Shown here one piece after another: positions 1 to 10,147 of a stretch of DNA of 38,569 nt. A program made the translations under genes and the position numbers. The stretch comes from Thraustochytrium aureum (Eukaryota). The stretch spans positions 30,187-68,755 of the forward strand of contig BLSG01000333.1 of assembly GCA_012862495.1 (NCBI GenBank), given 5' to 3'. The notes under the pieces were generated by a model. It saw only the letters and a list, made by a program, of their open reading frames with translations. It did not search any database and was not told where the DNA came from. Numbering within the stretch: the first letter of the stretch is position 1; every line of letters begins with the position of its first letter.

Positions 1-1545
1 GGGACGCATGAATGCGAGCAGAAAGTCGGTGCAGAGGATGACCTGTGCTCAGTCCGCTCTGGCCTGCTCGTAAGACCGTTGTTGGGTGGAGGGCTTCGTG
101 CCTCTAGCCTCGATTCTTCAAAAAACAAACGAGTTGCTTCTTGCGGCAACTCGTCGACGTGGTGGCCGTGACAGTTGCAGTACGCGCATTTGGTGCGTGA
201 CGAGAGGTTTGGTGAGCGTGCGCCGTCATGGCCTTTGTGTCGGGGCTGGCTGGTCGCTCGTTGGGCCTGGCGCATTTCACCACGAGGGGCGCTCTCACTC
301 TTGTGGACTCGTTTCATGAGAGAACGGAACGCCTCGAGAGCTGACACGAAATGTCATTTGCTGACGCGAAGGCCGCAAGTAGGTATACTTCTTCCTTTGC
401 GATTTGGTCTGTCGCAGCCATCATGGCGTCATAGAGCGTTGTGTTGAGGATGAAGCGGAGGTCAAGCGCGATGCTTTGCACTGGGCGTGCTCCAAGAGTG
501 CTGTGATTTCGAGGGTTTGGCAAAGGTGCGTGCAAGTGGGTCGCATTGGGGAACTACTGGAGGTCGGCATGAGGTCGCTGGGCGCATCACAAAATCGGGA
601 GTAGCGGTGNNNNNNNNNNNNNNNNNNNNNNNNNNNNNNNNNNNNNNNNNNNNNNNNNNNNNNNNNNNNNNNNNNNNNNNNNNNNNNNNNNNNNNNNNNN
701 NNNNNNNNNNNNNNNNNNNNNNNNNNNNNNNNNNNNNNNNNNNNNNNNNNNNNNNNNNNNNNNNNNNNNNNNNNNNNNNNNNNNNNNNNNNNNNNNNNNN
801 NNNNNNNNNNNNNNNNNNNNNNNNNNNNNNNNNNNNNNNNNNNNNNNNNNNNNNNNNNNNNNNNNNNNNNNNNNNNNNNNNNNNNNNNNNNNNNNNNNNN
901 NNNNNNNNNNNNNNNNNNNNNNNNNNNNNNNNNNNNNNNNNNNNNNNNNNNNNNNNNNNNNNNNNNNNNNNNNNNNNNNNNTTTCATTGCGCTCGTAAAC
1001 CATTGGGTTGCCCCGCTATCTGGACCCTGTATCCATCTTCTTCGAGCACCGAGCTCATGCTCAGTCTCATTCGGAATGACGAATGTTGCAGCCGTTGTCG
1101 TCGAGCACAAGAAGTCTCGCCATGGATCTGCAACGCCTTGGCATGCTTTGCCTGGGCCAAAGTACAAGTTTGTCCATGACAACTCGGGTCATTGTCAACA
1201 CCGCAAGCTGGTCGTCAAGTTGTGCGCCATCTGGGTATTGATTTGCGCTTGGCCTCCACGCCTCATGGGCCTGGCCTGGGTCCTCACCAGCGAGCCGCTT
1301 GGCGTGGCGCAGTGAGATGCCACTGTTGGCGCTGCCAAACCTAATAAGATGCGCAGCGCCGTTGCGTTCATCTTTTCGAGGCCGCGCCCCCGCCACTTGT
1401 CTTTTTCGTCGAGGAGGGGAGCGACTCAAACCACAGGAGAAGATCAATTCGATTTGATCGAATGAAAGGAAATGGTGTGTTGTTGTTGGAATACAATCAT
1501 CAGTCCATGCGGAAGCCCGAATCTGCTTTGCCGCATCTGAAGGCC

Positions 1546-2201
1546 TTAGCAACAGTTCGGCGAGCGCTGGCTGTTAAGGTTGTCCGCCGTCACCGGAAAC
1601 GTCTCGTTGTCATCCGCACCTGAGTCCTCGGGAGGCGGCAGGTTGAGCGCCACCCAGGTGAACATGCCCTCCACCCCCTCGCCAGTCTTTGCGGACGTTT
1701 CAAAGTAGCGAAGTCCATTTTCCTCGACGAACGCCTGCACGAGCTCGTCGTCCACTTCGCGCCCCTCGCGGTCGGCCTTGTTGCCGACCAGCGCGATTGG
1801 CATGTCAACATTGGGCCGTTCCTTGCGCAGCTTTTTGAGCCACTCCTTGGCTTTCGCGAACGACTCGGCGTAGGTGAGGTCAAACACGATGACGGCGGCC
1901 TGGGCGCTCCGATAGTAGAGCGGCGTGATCGCCTCGTACCGCTCTTGGCCAGCCGTGTCCCAGATCTCAAAGATGTACTGGCCGCCCTCCGCCTCGAGCT
2001 TTTTGGTCATGTACGCGGCGCCGATTGTCGGGAGCCTGCGGGAGCGCAACCAGACCAGAGAGCGGGCAGGAAACCCGCGTCAGCTACCCCCGCAGCGCGC
2101 GCCACTGCGCCGCAGCGCCAGCCCGCGAGCCCGCGAGCCCGCGAGCCCGCTTCGCCGCTGTGCACTTACTGGTCATCATCAAACATGCCCTTGACAAACC
2201 G
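1546..2201 (-). CDS. Rab-family small GTPase, divergent Rab5 group; 5' end in gap; exons 2201-2170 and 2035-1546
   Basis: The spliced frame reads RFVKGMFDDDQ/LPTIGAAYMTKK..FEIWDTAGQERY..YYRSA..LVGNKAD..FETSAKTG..NCC-stop. It has G2-G5 motifs, a Rab5-like IGAA(F/Y) effector loop and a C-terminal CC prenylation motif. The P-loop lies in the gap. Confidence 0.93.
2036..2169 (-). other. Spliceosomal GT-AG intron (134 nt) in the Rab gene
   Basis: Donor GTAAGT at 2169-2164 and acceptor CGCAG ending at 2036. Removing it joins CA+G (Gln) and restores the Rab switch I frame. The intron contains a short GCGAGCCC triplication. Confidence 0.88.
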
Positions 2202-3152
2202 NNNNNNNNNNNNNNNNNNNNNNNNNNNNNNNNNNNNNNNNNNNNNNNNNNNNNNNNNNNNNNNNNNNNNNNNNNNNNNNNNNNNNNNNNNNNNNNNNNN
2301 NNNNNNNNNNNNNNNNNNNNNNNNNNNNNNNNNNNNNNNNNNNNNNNNNNNNNNNNNNNNNNNNNNNNNNNNNNNNNNNNNNNNNNNNNNNNNNNNNNNN
2401 NNNNNNNNNNNNNNNNNNNNNNNNNNNNNNNNNNNNNNNNNNNNNNNNNNNNNNNNNNNNNNNNNNNNNNNNNNNNNNNNNNNNNNNNNNNNNNNNNNNN
2501 NNNNNNNNNNNNNNNNNNNNNNNNNNNNNNNNNNNNNNNNNNNNNNNNNNNNNNNNNNNNNNNNNNNNNNNNNNNNNNNNNNNNNNNNNNNNNNNNNNNN
2601 NNNNNNNNNNNNNNNNNNNNNNNNNNNNNNNNNNNNNNNNNNNNNNNNNNNNNNNNNNNNNNNNNNNNNNNNNNNNNNNNNNNNNNNNNNNNNNNNNNNN
2701 NNNNNNNNNNNNNNNNNNNNNNNNNNNNNNNNNNNNNNNNNNNNNNNNNNNNNNNNNNNNNNNNNNNNNNNNNNNNNNNNNNNNNNNNNNNNNNNNNNNN
2801 NNNNNNNNNNNNNNNNNNNNNNNNNNNNNNNNNNNNNNNNNNNNNNNNNNNNNNNNNNNNNNNNNNNNNNNNNNNNNNNNNNNNNNNNNNNNNNNNNNNN
2901 NNNNNNNNNNNNNNNNNNNNNNNNNNNNNNNNNNNNNNNNNNNNNNNNNNNNNNNNNNNNNNNNNNNNNNNNNNNNNNNNNNNNNNNNNNNNNNNNNNNN
3001 NNNNNNNNNNNNNNNNNNNNNNNNNNNNNNNNNNNNNNNNNNNNNNNNNNNNNNNNNNNNNNNNNNNNNNNNNNNNNNNNNNNNNNNNNNNNNNNNNNNN
3101 NNNNNNNNNNNNNNNNNNNNNNNNNNNNNNNNNNNNNNNNNNNNNNNNNNNN

Positions 3153-3767
3153 TATCAGAGGCGCAACCCCGCCTTCAAGTCCGCCAAGCTCCAAAACCGC
3201 ATGCTCGAGATCTTGCACGGGTACTTGCAAAACTCGTCCAACTCGTGGCACATTCACCATGCCGAGCTGGTCCCCGTCGTCGCCCCCTTCGCGTTCGTGC
3301 TGCGCCGCACCTCAGAAGCGGCGTTTTGCTTTTCGCTCATGATGCGCGCCGTGGACTCGCACTTTGGGCCGCGCAATGGGCGCAAGACGCTTGGCCGCTT
3401 CCTCACACTCTTTCGTTCGCGCCTCCCCGAGCTCTTCACGCACTTCGAGGAGGAAGACCTGGACGCCGCGCGCTGGGCCGGGCCCTGGCTGCAGTGGCTC
3501 CTCTGCCAGCTGCCGTTCGATTGTTGCTTGCGCCTCTGGGACTCGTACTTTGCAGCCCCAGACGGCCACGGCTTTGAGCTGCACACATTCGTGTGTTTGG
3601 CTATTCTTGAGAATTGCCAAACCGACCTCATTGAGCTCGAGCACGCAGAGATCCTGCAATTCCTGCGTCACCTTCCGAGCCTCGACATGGACCGCATTAT
3701 CGTGCAGGCGCAGTACCTGGCGCACGACCTCAGCTCCTGGGTCGGGGGAGCCGACTTGCCCGAGTAG
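3153..3767 (+). CDS. TBC (Rab-GAP) domain protein, C-terminal half; 5' end in gap
   Basis: TBC-like segments VVAPF..SEAAFCF, LFRSRLPELFTHFEEEDL, WLQWLL.QLPFDCCLRLWDSYF and FVCLAIL..L.ELE.AEILQFL. Confidence 0.85.
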   Translation, partial: YQRRNPAFKSAKLQNRMLEILHGYLQNSSNSWHIHHAELVPVVAPFAFVLRRTSEAAFCFSLMMRAVDSHFGPRNGRKTLGRFLTLFRSRLPELFTHFEEEDLDAARWAGPWLQWLLCQLPFDCCLRLWDSYFAAPDGHGFELHTFVCLAILENCQTDLIELEHAEILQFLRHLPSLDMDRIIVQAQYLAHDLSSWVGGADLPE

Positions 3768-3968
3768 TGAGGCTCGGGCCAGTCCTTTTGCTGTGGAGAC
3801 TTGGCCAAGTCGGTTTCGGTTTTATAGTTTTTTTTTTTTAAATTTTTTAAACATCTTTCGTGCTTCCATAACCCATTGGCGGCTGGCCCCCGGGGCCGGG
3901 CCCTACCCATCCTGGTCGCAAGCCCGCCGAGCTCTTCTTCGGAGCTAGAGCTGCGCTCCGGCGCACTG

Positions 3969-6900
3969 CTACGCGTCCAAGAGCTGCCCAATCGGGGCGC
4001 GCCGCGCTCTTGCTTTCCACCCATCCACTGGGCGCGAAAAGAACCGCTTTCCCTTAGCCAATCGTTGCGTGTGAACAGACAGGGCAGCCTGCGTCCAAGA
4101 TGCCGCCAAGCCGTCGTCCTGCAACGCTCCCCAATCATCCCAAAATCGGTCACCAGAGGCAGCAACCTGCGCAGCCACGGTCGCGGCGTCCAATCCAGCA
4201 TCTTTCAACCTAGCGACCCATGGCGCACTCACTGCCACGGCGGCGTTCCAGGTTGACACACACTCAAGCTCGGTGAGGTCGCCTGTCCCGACTTGGGCGG
4301 TGAGAAACGTGACCGGGTCCAATCCAGCGAGCCTCGCGCTGATCTCGCGCCTGCACAAGTGCTCAAAGGTGGCGTTCAGCAATAGCATGTCGAGCGACCG
4401 GTCTCCACCGCAAAAGGCAGCCTGCTGCCAGCGCGGAGTGCCGCAGCTCAAGCACGCTCCTCCCCGTGGCAGGGCCCCGTTGCAGGCCGAGCACAGGCCG
4501 AAGCGGTCCTTCGCGCGCTGGCCAAAGGCGGCAAGAGATGCGTCTGCTCTTGACCGATAGGCTCGTGCTGCCAGCCCGGCGCGAGCCCAGAGCGCCACGT
4601 TCACGGCCCACACTGCGCGCCAAAAATTGCCACTCAGGTGCAGCGCGCCGTCCTCAACTTGGCCAAGCGGCCAGCGACGGTACGGAATGACCGCAAGTTC
4701 CACTACCTCTGCTGCCGCTCCTGGGAGGGCCCAGCGCGTTGGATTCGCCGCGATGGCTTGAGCAACATGGCGCCGGGCGTCCATCACGATCCTCTCCTGC
4801 GCCGAGTGCCGGAAGGACTCCAAGCTGGCCCACCTTGAGCTGATCGCTACAATGTCGCGAAGGAAAGCCATGAGATCCCCGCTGTCCTGCAAGCGCGCCA
4901 AAGCGGGGGCCAAGGCCCTGTGCACGGGGCGTTGGTTGCTGTCTAGTAGGCGGGCTGCGAGTGACCGCCAGTGCGCCGCGAAGGCCCGGAACGCGCGTTG
5001 GATCCTTTCCGCGCAACAGCGAAACGCGGCGGCCCTGACGCGGCTCTTGCTGGACTTGCGGGCCATCGAGTACGCGCTCCACGTTTCAAGAGCAGCTCGA
5101 GCAAGGCGCAGCTTTACACGCGTAGCGACTGCAGCGACTCGCTGCGTCCGCTCGTTGCTTTGCGCCACCGCCCGTNNNNNNNNNNNNNNNNNNNNNNNNN
5201 NNNNNNNNNNNNNNNNNNNNNNNNNNNNNNNNNNNNNNNNNNNNNNNNNNNNNNNNNNNNNNNNNNNNNNNNNNNNNNNNNNNNNNNNNNNNNNNNNNNN
5301 NNNNNNNNNNNNNNNNNNNNNNNNNNNNNNNNNNNNNNNNNNNNNNNNNNNNNNNNNNNNNNNNNNNNNNNNNNNNNNNNNNNNNNNNNNNNNNNNNNNN
5401 NNNNNNNNNNNNNNNNNNNNNNNNNNNNNNNNNNNNNNNNNNNNNNNNNNNNNNNNNNNNNNNNNNNNNNNNNNNNNNNNNNNNNNNNNNNNNNNNNNNN
5501 NNNNNNNNNNNNNNNNNNNNNNNNNNNNNNCACGAAAGAGCACCCAGCGCAAAAAGCGCCCGATCACCTTCGCGGCAGTTCGCTCCCTGGTCCCGCGCAA
5601 AGTGTACCGCCGTAAATTGTGCTGCAGCATCCGAGCCGCCGATGCACGCTCGAGCGCAGCCAGACGCGCTCGTCGACCCCGCCCGGCCTCCTTGCGCGCT
5701 TCGAAAGCCCTCCGCGAAGCCGCGACGCGGAGTCTGCGCGCAGTAGCTTCCCTTGCCAACCTCAGCGTAGCACGCAGCATCAGCCTGGAGCGGTAGGTCC
5801 GCTGTAGGCGCACAGCCGCGGCCCTAAGGGTGCGTTGAAGAGTTTTACTGCACTCGTCCAGGTTCGCCCGGCCGACGCGCAGACTGCCCGCAGTAATCGC
5901 CAGGCGGCGCCACCGAAAGTTTTCCCCGCTCAGGACAACATCTGTCGCCCAGTTTGCTCCGCGCAAGGACCGCGAAACCACCGCGGAAATGACTTCGAAG
6001 GGCAACCTGCTCGGTGCCGGCTTCATTTGCAAGAGCCTTCGCTGGACTTCCGCGATGTGGGTTCGCGCGTCCCGCCACGCCTGCAAAGCGCTTGCGTGGG
6101 CTCGCTCAATTTCGCCAAGCACGACAGTCCTGCCAAGACGAGGCGGCTCAATCTTGTGGCTGGCCAGGACGCGGCGCCAGCCGAGCACGCCGAGCAGCCA
6201 CCGCCGGGCTTCTTCAACCGCGAGCTCGTGTTTGGGCTCCTTGGTGCATGCGTAAATCCAGGCCACAGGGCGACGGCCAGGCCCGACTACGAGAAAGGAA
6301 GCTCGCCCGTCGGCCTTGTCGAATTCTTTGTTTTCAATAGAAAAGCGATTCGCGACAGAGAACGTCGAGCCCTCAATCATGGCGGTGACGCCGTCAGGGT
6401 CGAGCGATGCAACACCGAGGCTTGCGCCTCTCGACGCGGTCAGCTCTCCGCGAGACATGCGCTTCCAGCTGGAGTCGCCACGGGCTACGCGGAGACAAAT
6501 CTCCCCAGAGCTCAGTCGCGCGCCAGCCAGGGGCTGGCACCCCCTCACCAAGCCCTTGCGCACAATCTGAGGCAGGTGCCTTGCGAGCGACCCGCGAACA
6601 ACAGCGGCAATAAGCGTTGCCGCGCGTAGTCTTCGCTGCCTGCTCCAAACCGTCGCATACGCGCTTCGGGGTGAGGGACTCGGCAGTGGCGGCCACCTTC
6701 TACTCGCACAGATCGCCTCCACGAGAACGCGCTGCCAAGTAGTCTTCCGCCAAGCGCACGTTGCCGCGCCGTCACCGCTGAAGCGCACAGCCGCCCTGCC
6801 CCCGCCCCTCATCCACGCGCGCAGCAAGCCGATTCGCGCGCACACCGACCACGACTCGTCCAGCAGGCCGCCGCCGTCGCCGACCGCTCTAGCAGCAACC

Positions 6901-7061
6901 GCTTCAATTCTTCGAAGCTTGCGTGCGTCGAACTCGCGCACAGCTGCAGCGCAAGGATGAACGGCGAGCGCGATCATCGCATCCGCGGCGACGAGGCCTT
7001 GCGCCTCTTCGCCAGCCTCGTCAGGTCCTAGTCCTGTTGGCGCCGTTCGCCATTGGGTCAT
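3969..7061 (-). CDS. Large hypothetical protein with several IQ-like calmodulin-binding motifs, a possible PH-like region and a CxxC..CxxC zinc ribbon; spans a gap; true start may be 7225 with a frameshift
   Basis: Long ORF on both sides of gap 5176-5530. IQ-like segments AATLIAAVVRGSLAR, AAVRLQRTYRSRL, AARMLQHNLRRY and AERIQRAFRAF; also CSACNG..CLSCG. Confidence 0.6.
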   Translation of the reverse strand: MTQWRTAPTGLGPDEAGEEAQGLVAADAMIALAVHPCAAAVREFDARKLRRIEAVAARAVGDGGGLLDESWSVCARIGLLRAWMRGGGRAAVRFSGDGAATCAWRKTTWQRVLVEAICASRRWPPLPSPSPRSAYATVWSRQRRLRAATLIAAVVRGSLARHLPQIVRKGLVRGCQPLAGARLSSGEICLRVARGDSSWKRMSRGELTASRGASLGVASLDPDGVTAMIEGSTFSVANRFSIENKEFDKADGRASFLVVGPGRRPVAWIYACTKEPKHELAVEEARRWLLGVLGWRRVLASHKIEPPRLGRTVVLGEIERAHASALQAWRDARTHIAEVQRRLLQMKPAPSRLPFEVISAVVSRSLRGANWATDVVLSGENFRWRRLAITAGSLRVGRANLDECSKTLQRTLRAAAVRLQRTYRSRLMLRATLRLAREATARRLRVAASRRAFEARKEAGRGRRARLAALERASAARMLQHNLRRYTLRGTRERTAAKVIGRFLRWVLFRXXXXXXXXXXXXXXXXXXXXXXXXXXXXXXXXXXXXXXXXXXXXXXXXXXXXXXXXXXXXXXXXXXXXXXXXXXXXXXXXXXXXXXXXXXXXXXXXXXXXXXXXXXXXXXXXXXXXXXXRAVAQSNERTQRVAAVATRVKLRLARAALETWSAYSMARKSSKSRVRAAAFRCCAERIQRAFRAFAAHWRSLAARLLDSNQRPVHRALAPALARLQDSGDLMAFLRDIVAISSRWASLESFRHSAQERIVMDARRHVAQAIAANPTRWALPGAAAEVVELAVIPYRRWPLGQVEDGALHLSGNFWRAVWAVNVALWARAGLAARAYRSRADASLAAFGQRAKDRFGLCSACNGALPRGGACLSCGTPRWQQAAFCGGDRSLDMLLLNATFEHLCRREISARLAGLDPVTFLTAQVGTGDLTELECVSTWNAAVAVSAPWVARLKDAGLDAATVAAQVAASGDRFWDDWGALQDDGLAASWTQAALSVHTQRLAKGKRFFSRPVDGWKARARRAPIGQLLDA

Positions 7062-7249
7062 GCTCGGCGCCCCTCAGGTGCGGCCGCATTCGCCAGCCGC
7101 GCAATTGCCAAAACAGCACTTTTCAACGCATCGAACGGCTTGCTGCAGGGTGGACGGACGGTGGGCGGAACTCGCGCACGCACAGCCTGAGGCTGTTGTG
7201 CGAGCGGCTCGTCGATGAAAGGCATCGAGAGAAAGCGCCGATGGGCTTG

Positions 7250-7459
7250 GAGCACGCCAAGGCATCGACGCATTGATCGATGGGCACGAAGAGCACGCCA
7301 AGGCATCGACGCATTGATCGATGGGCACAAGGAGCACGCCGAGGCATCGACGCATTGATTGATGGGCACAAGGAGCACGCCAAGGCACGACGCATTGATT
7401 GGGCACAAGGAGCACGCCAAGGCATCGACGCATTGATTGATGGGCACAAGGAGCACGCC
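7250..7459. repeat. 41-bp minisatellite, about 5.2 copies (GAGCACGCCAAGGCATCGACGCATTGATCGATGGGCACAAG)
   Basis: Units start at 7250, 7291, 7332, 7373 (37 nt, deleted copy), 7410 and 7451 (partial), with no spacers. Confidence 0.95.
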
Positions 7460-7995
7460 GATGGTTAGGAAGCAGCAAGGTATNNNNNNNNNNNNNNNNN
7501 NNNNNNNNNNNNNNNNNNNNNNNNNNNNNNNNNNNNNNNNNNNNNNNNNNNNNNNNNNNNNNNNNNNNNNNNNNNNNNNNNNNNNNNNNNNNNNNNNNNN
7601 NNNNNNNNNNNNNNNNNNNNNNNNNNNNNNNNNNNNNNNNNNNNNNNNNNNNNNNNNNNNNNNNNNNNNNNNNNNNNNNNNNNNNNNNNNNNNNNNNNNN
7701 NNNNNNNNNNNNNNNNNNNNNNNNNNNNNNNNNNNNNNNNNNNNNNNNNNNNNNNNNNNNNNNNNNNNNNNNNNNNNNNNNNNNNNNNNNNNNNNNNNNN
7801 NNNNNNNNNNNNNNNNNNNNNNNNNNNNNNNNNNNNNNNNNNNNNNNNNNNNNNNNNNNNNNNNNNNNNNNNNNNNNNNNNNNNNNNNNNNNNNNNNNNN
7901 NNNNNNNNNNNNNNNNNNNNNNNNNNNNNNNNNNNNNNNNNNNNNNNNNNNNNNNNNNNNNNNNNNNNNNNNNNNNNNNNNNNNNNNNNNNNNNN

Positions 7996-9147
7996 AACTT
8001 TCGCGGCGCTCTTGGGGGGCTTCGCGGGCGTCTTGGACGGAGTCTTAGCGGACTCGTCCTTTGGCGCTGCCTCTGCTTTGGCCTTTCTGGCCGGCGTCTT
8101 GGAGGCGCTCTTAGACTCAGCTTCCACCTTGGCCTTTTTCGCAGGCGTCTTGGGCTTTGGGTCTTCGGCCGAGCGTTTGGTCTTTCCTGCAGCAGTGGGC
8201 GCCTCGACATTGTCACTCGCCTTGGCAGGAGTTCCCGCCTTCGCCTTGGTGGAAGCTTTCGCAGCCTTGGCGGGCGTTTTCGTCTTTGCAGCTTTTGGCT
8301 CCTCGGTGGGAGCTTCTTCGACAGCCTCGGCGAGCTTGGTCTTCTTGGCAGGCGCAGGCCGCTCGTATCCTTCGAAAGTGTAGTCGATGTTCTTCTCCGC
8401 AAGGCGCTTGTTCCGCTTGCTCTGCTGCCTGGCAAGGCGAGTGAGGCGCTCATTGTATTGCGCCTCGGTGCGCGGCTGGTTGCGTTTCAGGGCGTCTTTG
8501 CGCTCTGGGTTCCACTGGCCTGCGCGCGGTAATTTCCTGAGACCCTCAAACATTCGCTCGTGCACGTTCTCGGGCTTGACAAGGTCGCACACCAGCACCT
8601 TGTCGGCGAGCATGTACTTGTTCATGGCCTTTTGTACAATCTCAGCAACCTCGCGGCTCTGAAACTGGATGAATGCGTACCCGCGCGAGCGCCCTGTGCG
8701 CTTGCTCCGCGAGAGCCGAAGCCGCAGGACCTTTCCGAACTGGCTGAAGAAACCCTTCATCTGCGGTTCGTAAAAGCCGTGGGGAATGTGCCCGAGGTAC
8801 ACCACACCCTCCTTGGAGGTCACAGCAGCAAGCTTGGCCTTTTTGGCCGTGCCTTTGCCGGCCTTGGCAGCTTTGCCCTTGGTCGCTTTGCCCTTGGCAG
8901 CAGCGCCCTCGGCGTTGTCAGTTGCCGTCGCTTCAGGTGCCGAACCTTCCGCATCATCTACGGCGCTGACATCCGCACCAGACTCGGAGCCAATCGAGGC
9001 GCTGTCGTCGTCCTCCGAGGCGGCCTCGTCCACGTTGCTCTCGTCAAGCGCGACAAGTTCACCGCTCCCGAGTCCGGCCTGGCCGAGCTCGAGCGCAGCT
9101 GCCGCGAGCCTCAGCTTGCGGTCTTTCGAAGCCTTGGACTCCTTCAT
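7996..9147 (-). CDS. NIFK: NIFK/Nop15-like nucleolar RRM protein (60S biogenesis); 3' end in gap
   Basis: GVVYLGHIPHGFYEPQMKGFFSQFGKVLRLRLSRSKRTGRSRGYAFIQF..VAEIVQKAMNKYML..LVC..VHERMF matches the NIFK/Nop15 RRM. Acidic N-terminus and K/A/P-rich tail. Confidence 0.9.
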
Positions 9148-9958
9148 TGTCTCGCCGCGCGACCCTTCAGCGTCCGCCGAGCTGGGCGGGCGTGCCTGCC
9201 TGGNNNNNNNNNNNNNNNNNNNNNNNNNNNNNNNNNNNNNNNNNNNNNNNNNNNNNNNNNNNNNNNNNNNNNNNNNNNNNNNNNNNNNNNNNNNNNNNNN
9301 NNNNNNNNNNNNNNNNNNNNNNNNNNNNNNNNNNNNNNNNNNNNNNNNNNNNNNNNNNNNNNNNNNNNNNNNNNNNNNNNNNNNNNNNNNNNNNNNNNNN
9401 NNNNNNNNNNNNNNNNNNNNNNNNNNNNNNNNNNNNNNNNNNNNNNNNNNNNNNNNNNNNNNNNNNNNNNNNNNNNNNNNNNNNNNNNNNNNNNNNNNNN
9501 NNNNNNNNNNNNNNNNNNNNNNNNNNNNNNNNNNNNNNNNNNNNNNNNNNNNNNNNNNNNNNAAACACAACTTCGCGCAACGTGAAGGTTGCGTTGGTTG
9601 TTGCGCTCGAGCGTGGGCCCGCAAGGGGTTCAGGTCGATGTTGCTTGTCCCGTGCCGCGGGGCGGTCGGTGTTTGAATGTGCAATGTGCAGGTGGTGACG
9701 TTGTCCTCTTCGACATCGTCGAAGACTAGCTCGAGAGAGCTGAGCAAACGAGAGCAAGCAAGAGTGCAGGTTGCTGTTTCTGCACGACGAGAGACCAGGC
9801 TTTCGTTCGTAGGGGATGTGCTCCTCCCCGTCGCTGGCAACGTGCGGGTAAGGCCATGCCGCGGTCACATCGCTGGTTGCTATCTTGAGGGAAAAGGATG
9901 GCTCAATTTTGAATTGCAAGTAATGCAGCAAGCGGCTACACCGCGAGATCGGGAGCGC

Positions 9959-10060
9959 CAAGGCCAACGCTTCAAGGCTAACGCGTCCAAGGCTAACGCG
10001 TCCAAGGCTAACGCTCCAAGGCTAACGCGTCCAAGGCGAACGCTTCACGCGTTAGCCTTG
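9959..10060. repeat. 14-15 bp tandem repeat (CAAGGCTAACGCGTC) x6 followed by one inverted copy
   Basis: Units start at 9959, 9973, 9988, 10003, 10017 and 10032. 10047-10060 ACGCGTTAGCCTTG is the exact reverse complement of CAAGGCTAACGCGT. Confidence 0.92.
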
Positions 10061-10147
10061 ACACCTTGGCGAAGCTTTCCACGGAGTGAACAAGACCGAC
10101 GAAGCCCACTGGTTCATCGTCGCGGAGGGCTCTGCTGAACTCTGCTC

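Noticed and set aside
1..1545. Short minus-strand ORFs (314-535, 421-1182, 1067-1552) as a gene or decayed mobile element
   Set aside because: No recognisable motifs, the frames are inconsistent, and a gap interrupts them. They cannot be supported, although a frameshifted gene is not excluded.
7250..7459. 41-bp partly palindromic repeat as a CRISPR array
   Set aside because: The units are contiguous with no unique spacers, there are no cas genes, and the context is eukaryotic.
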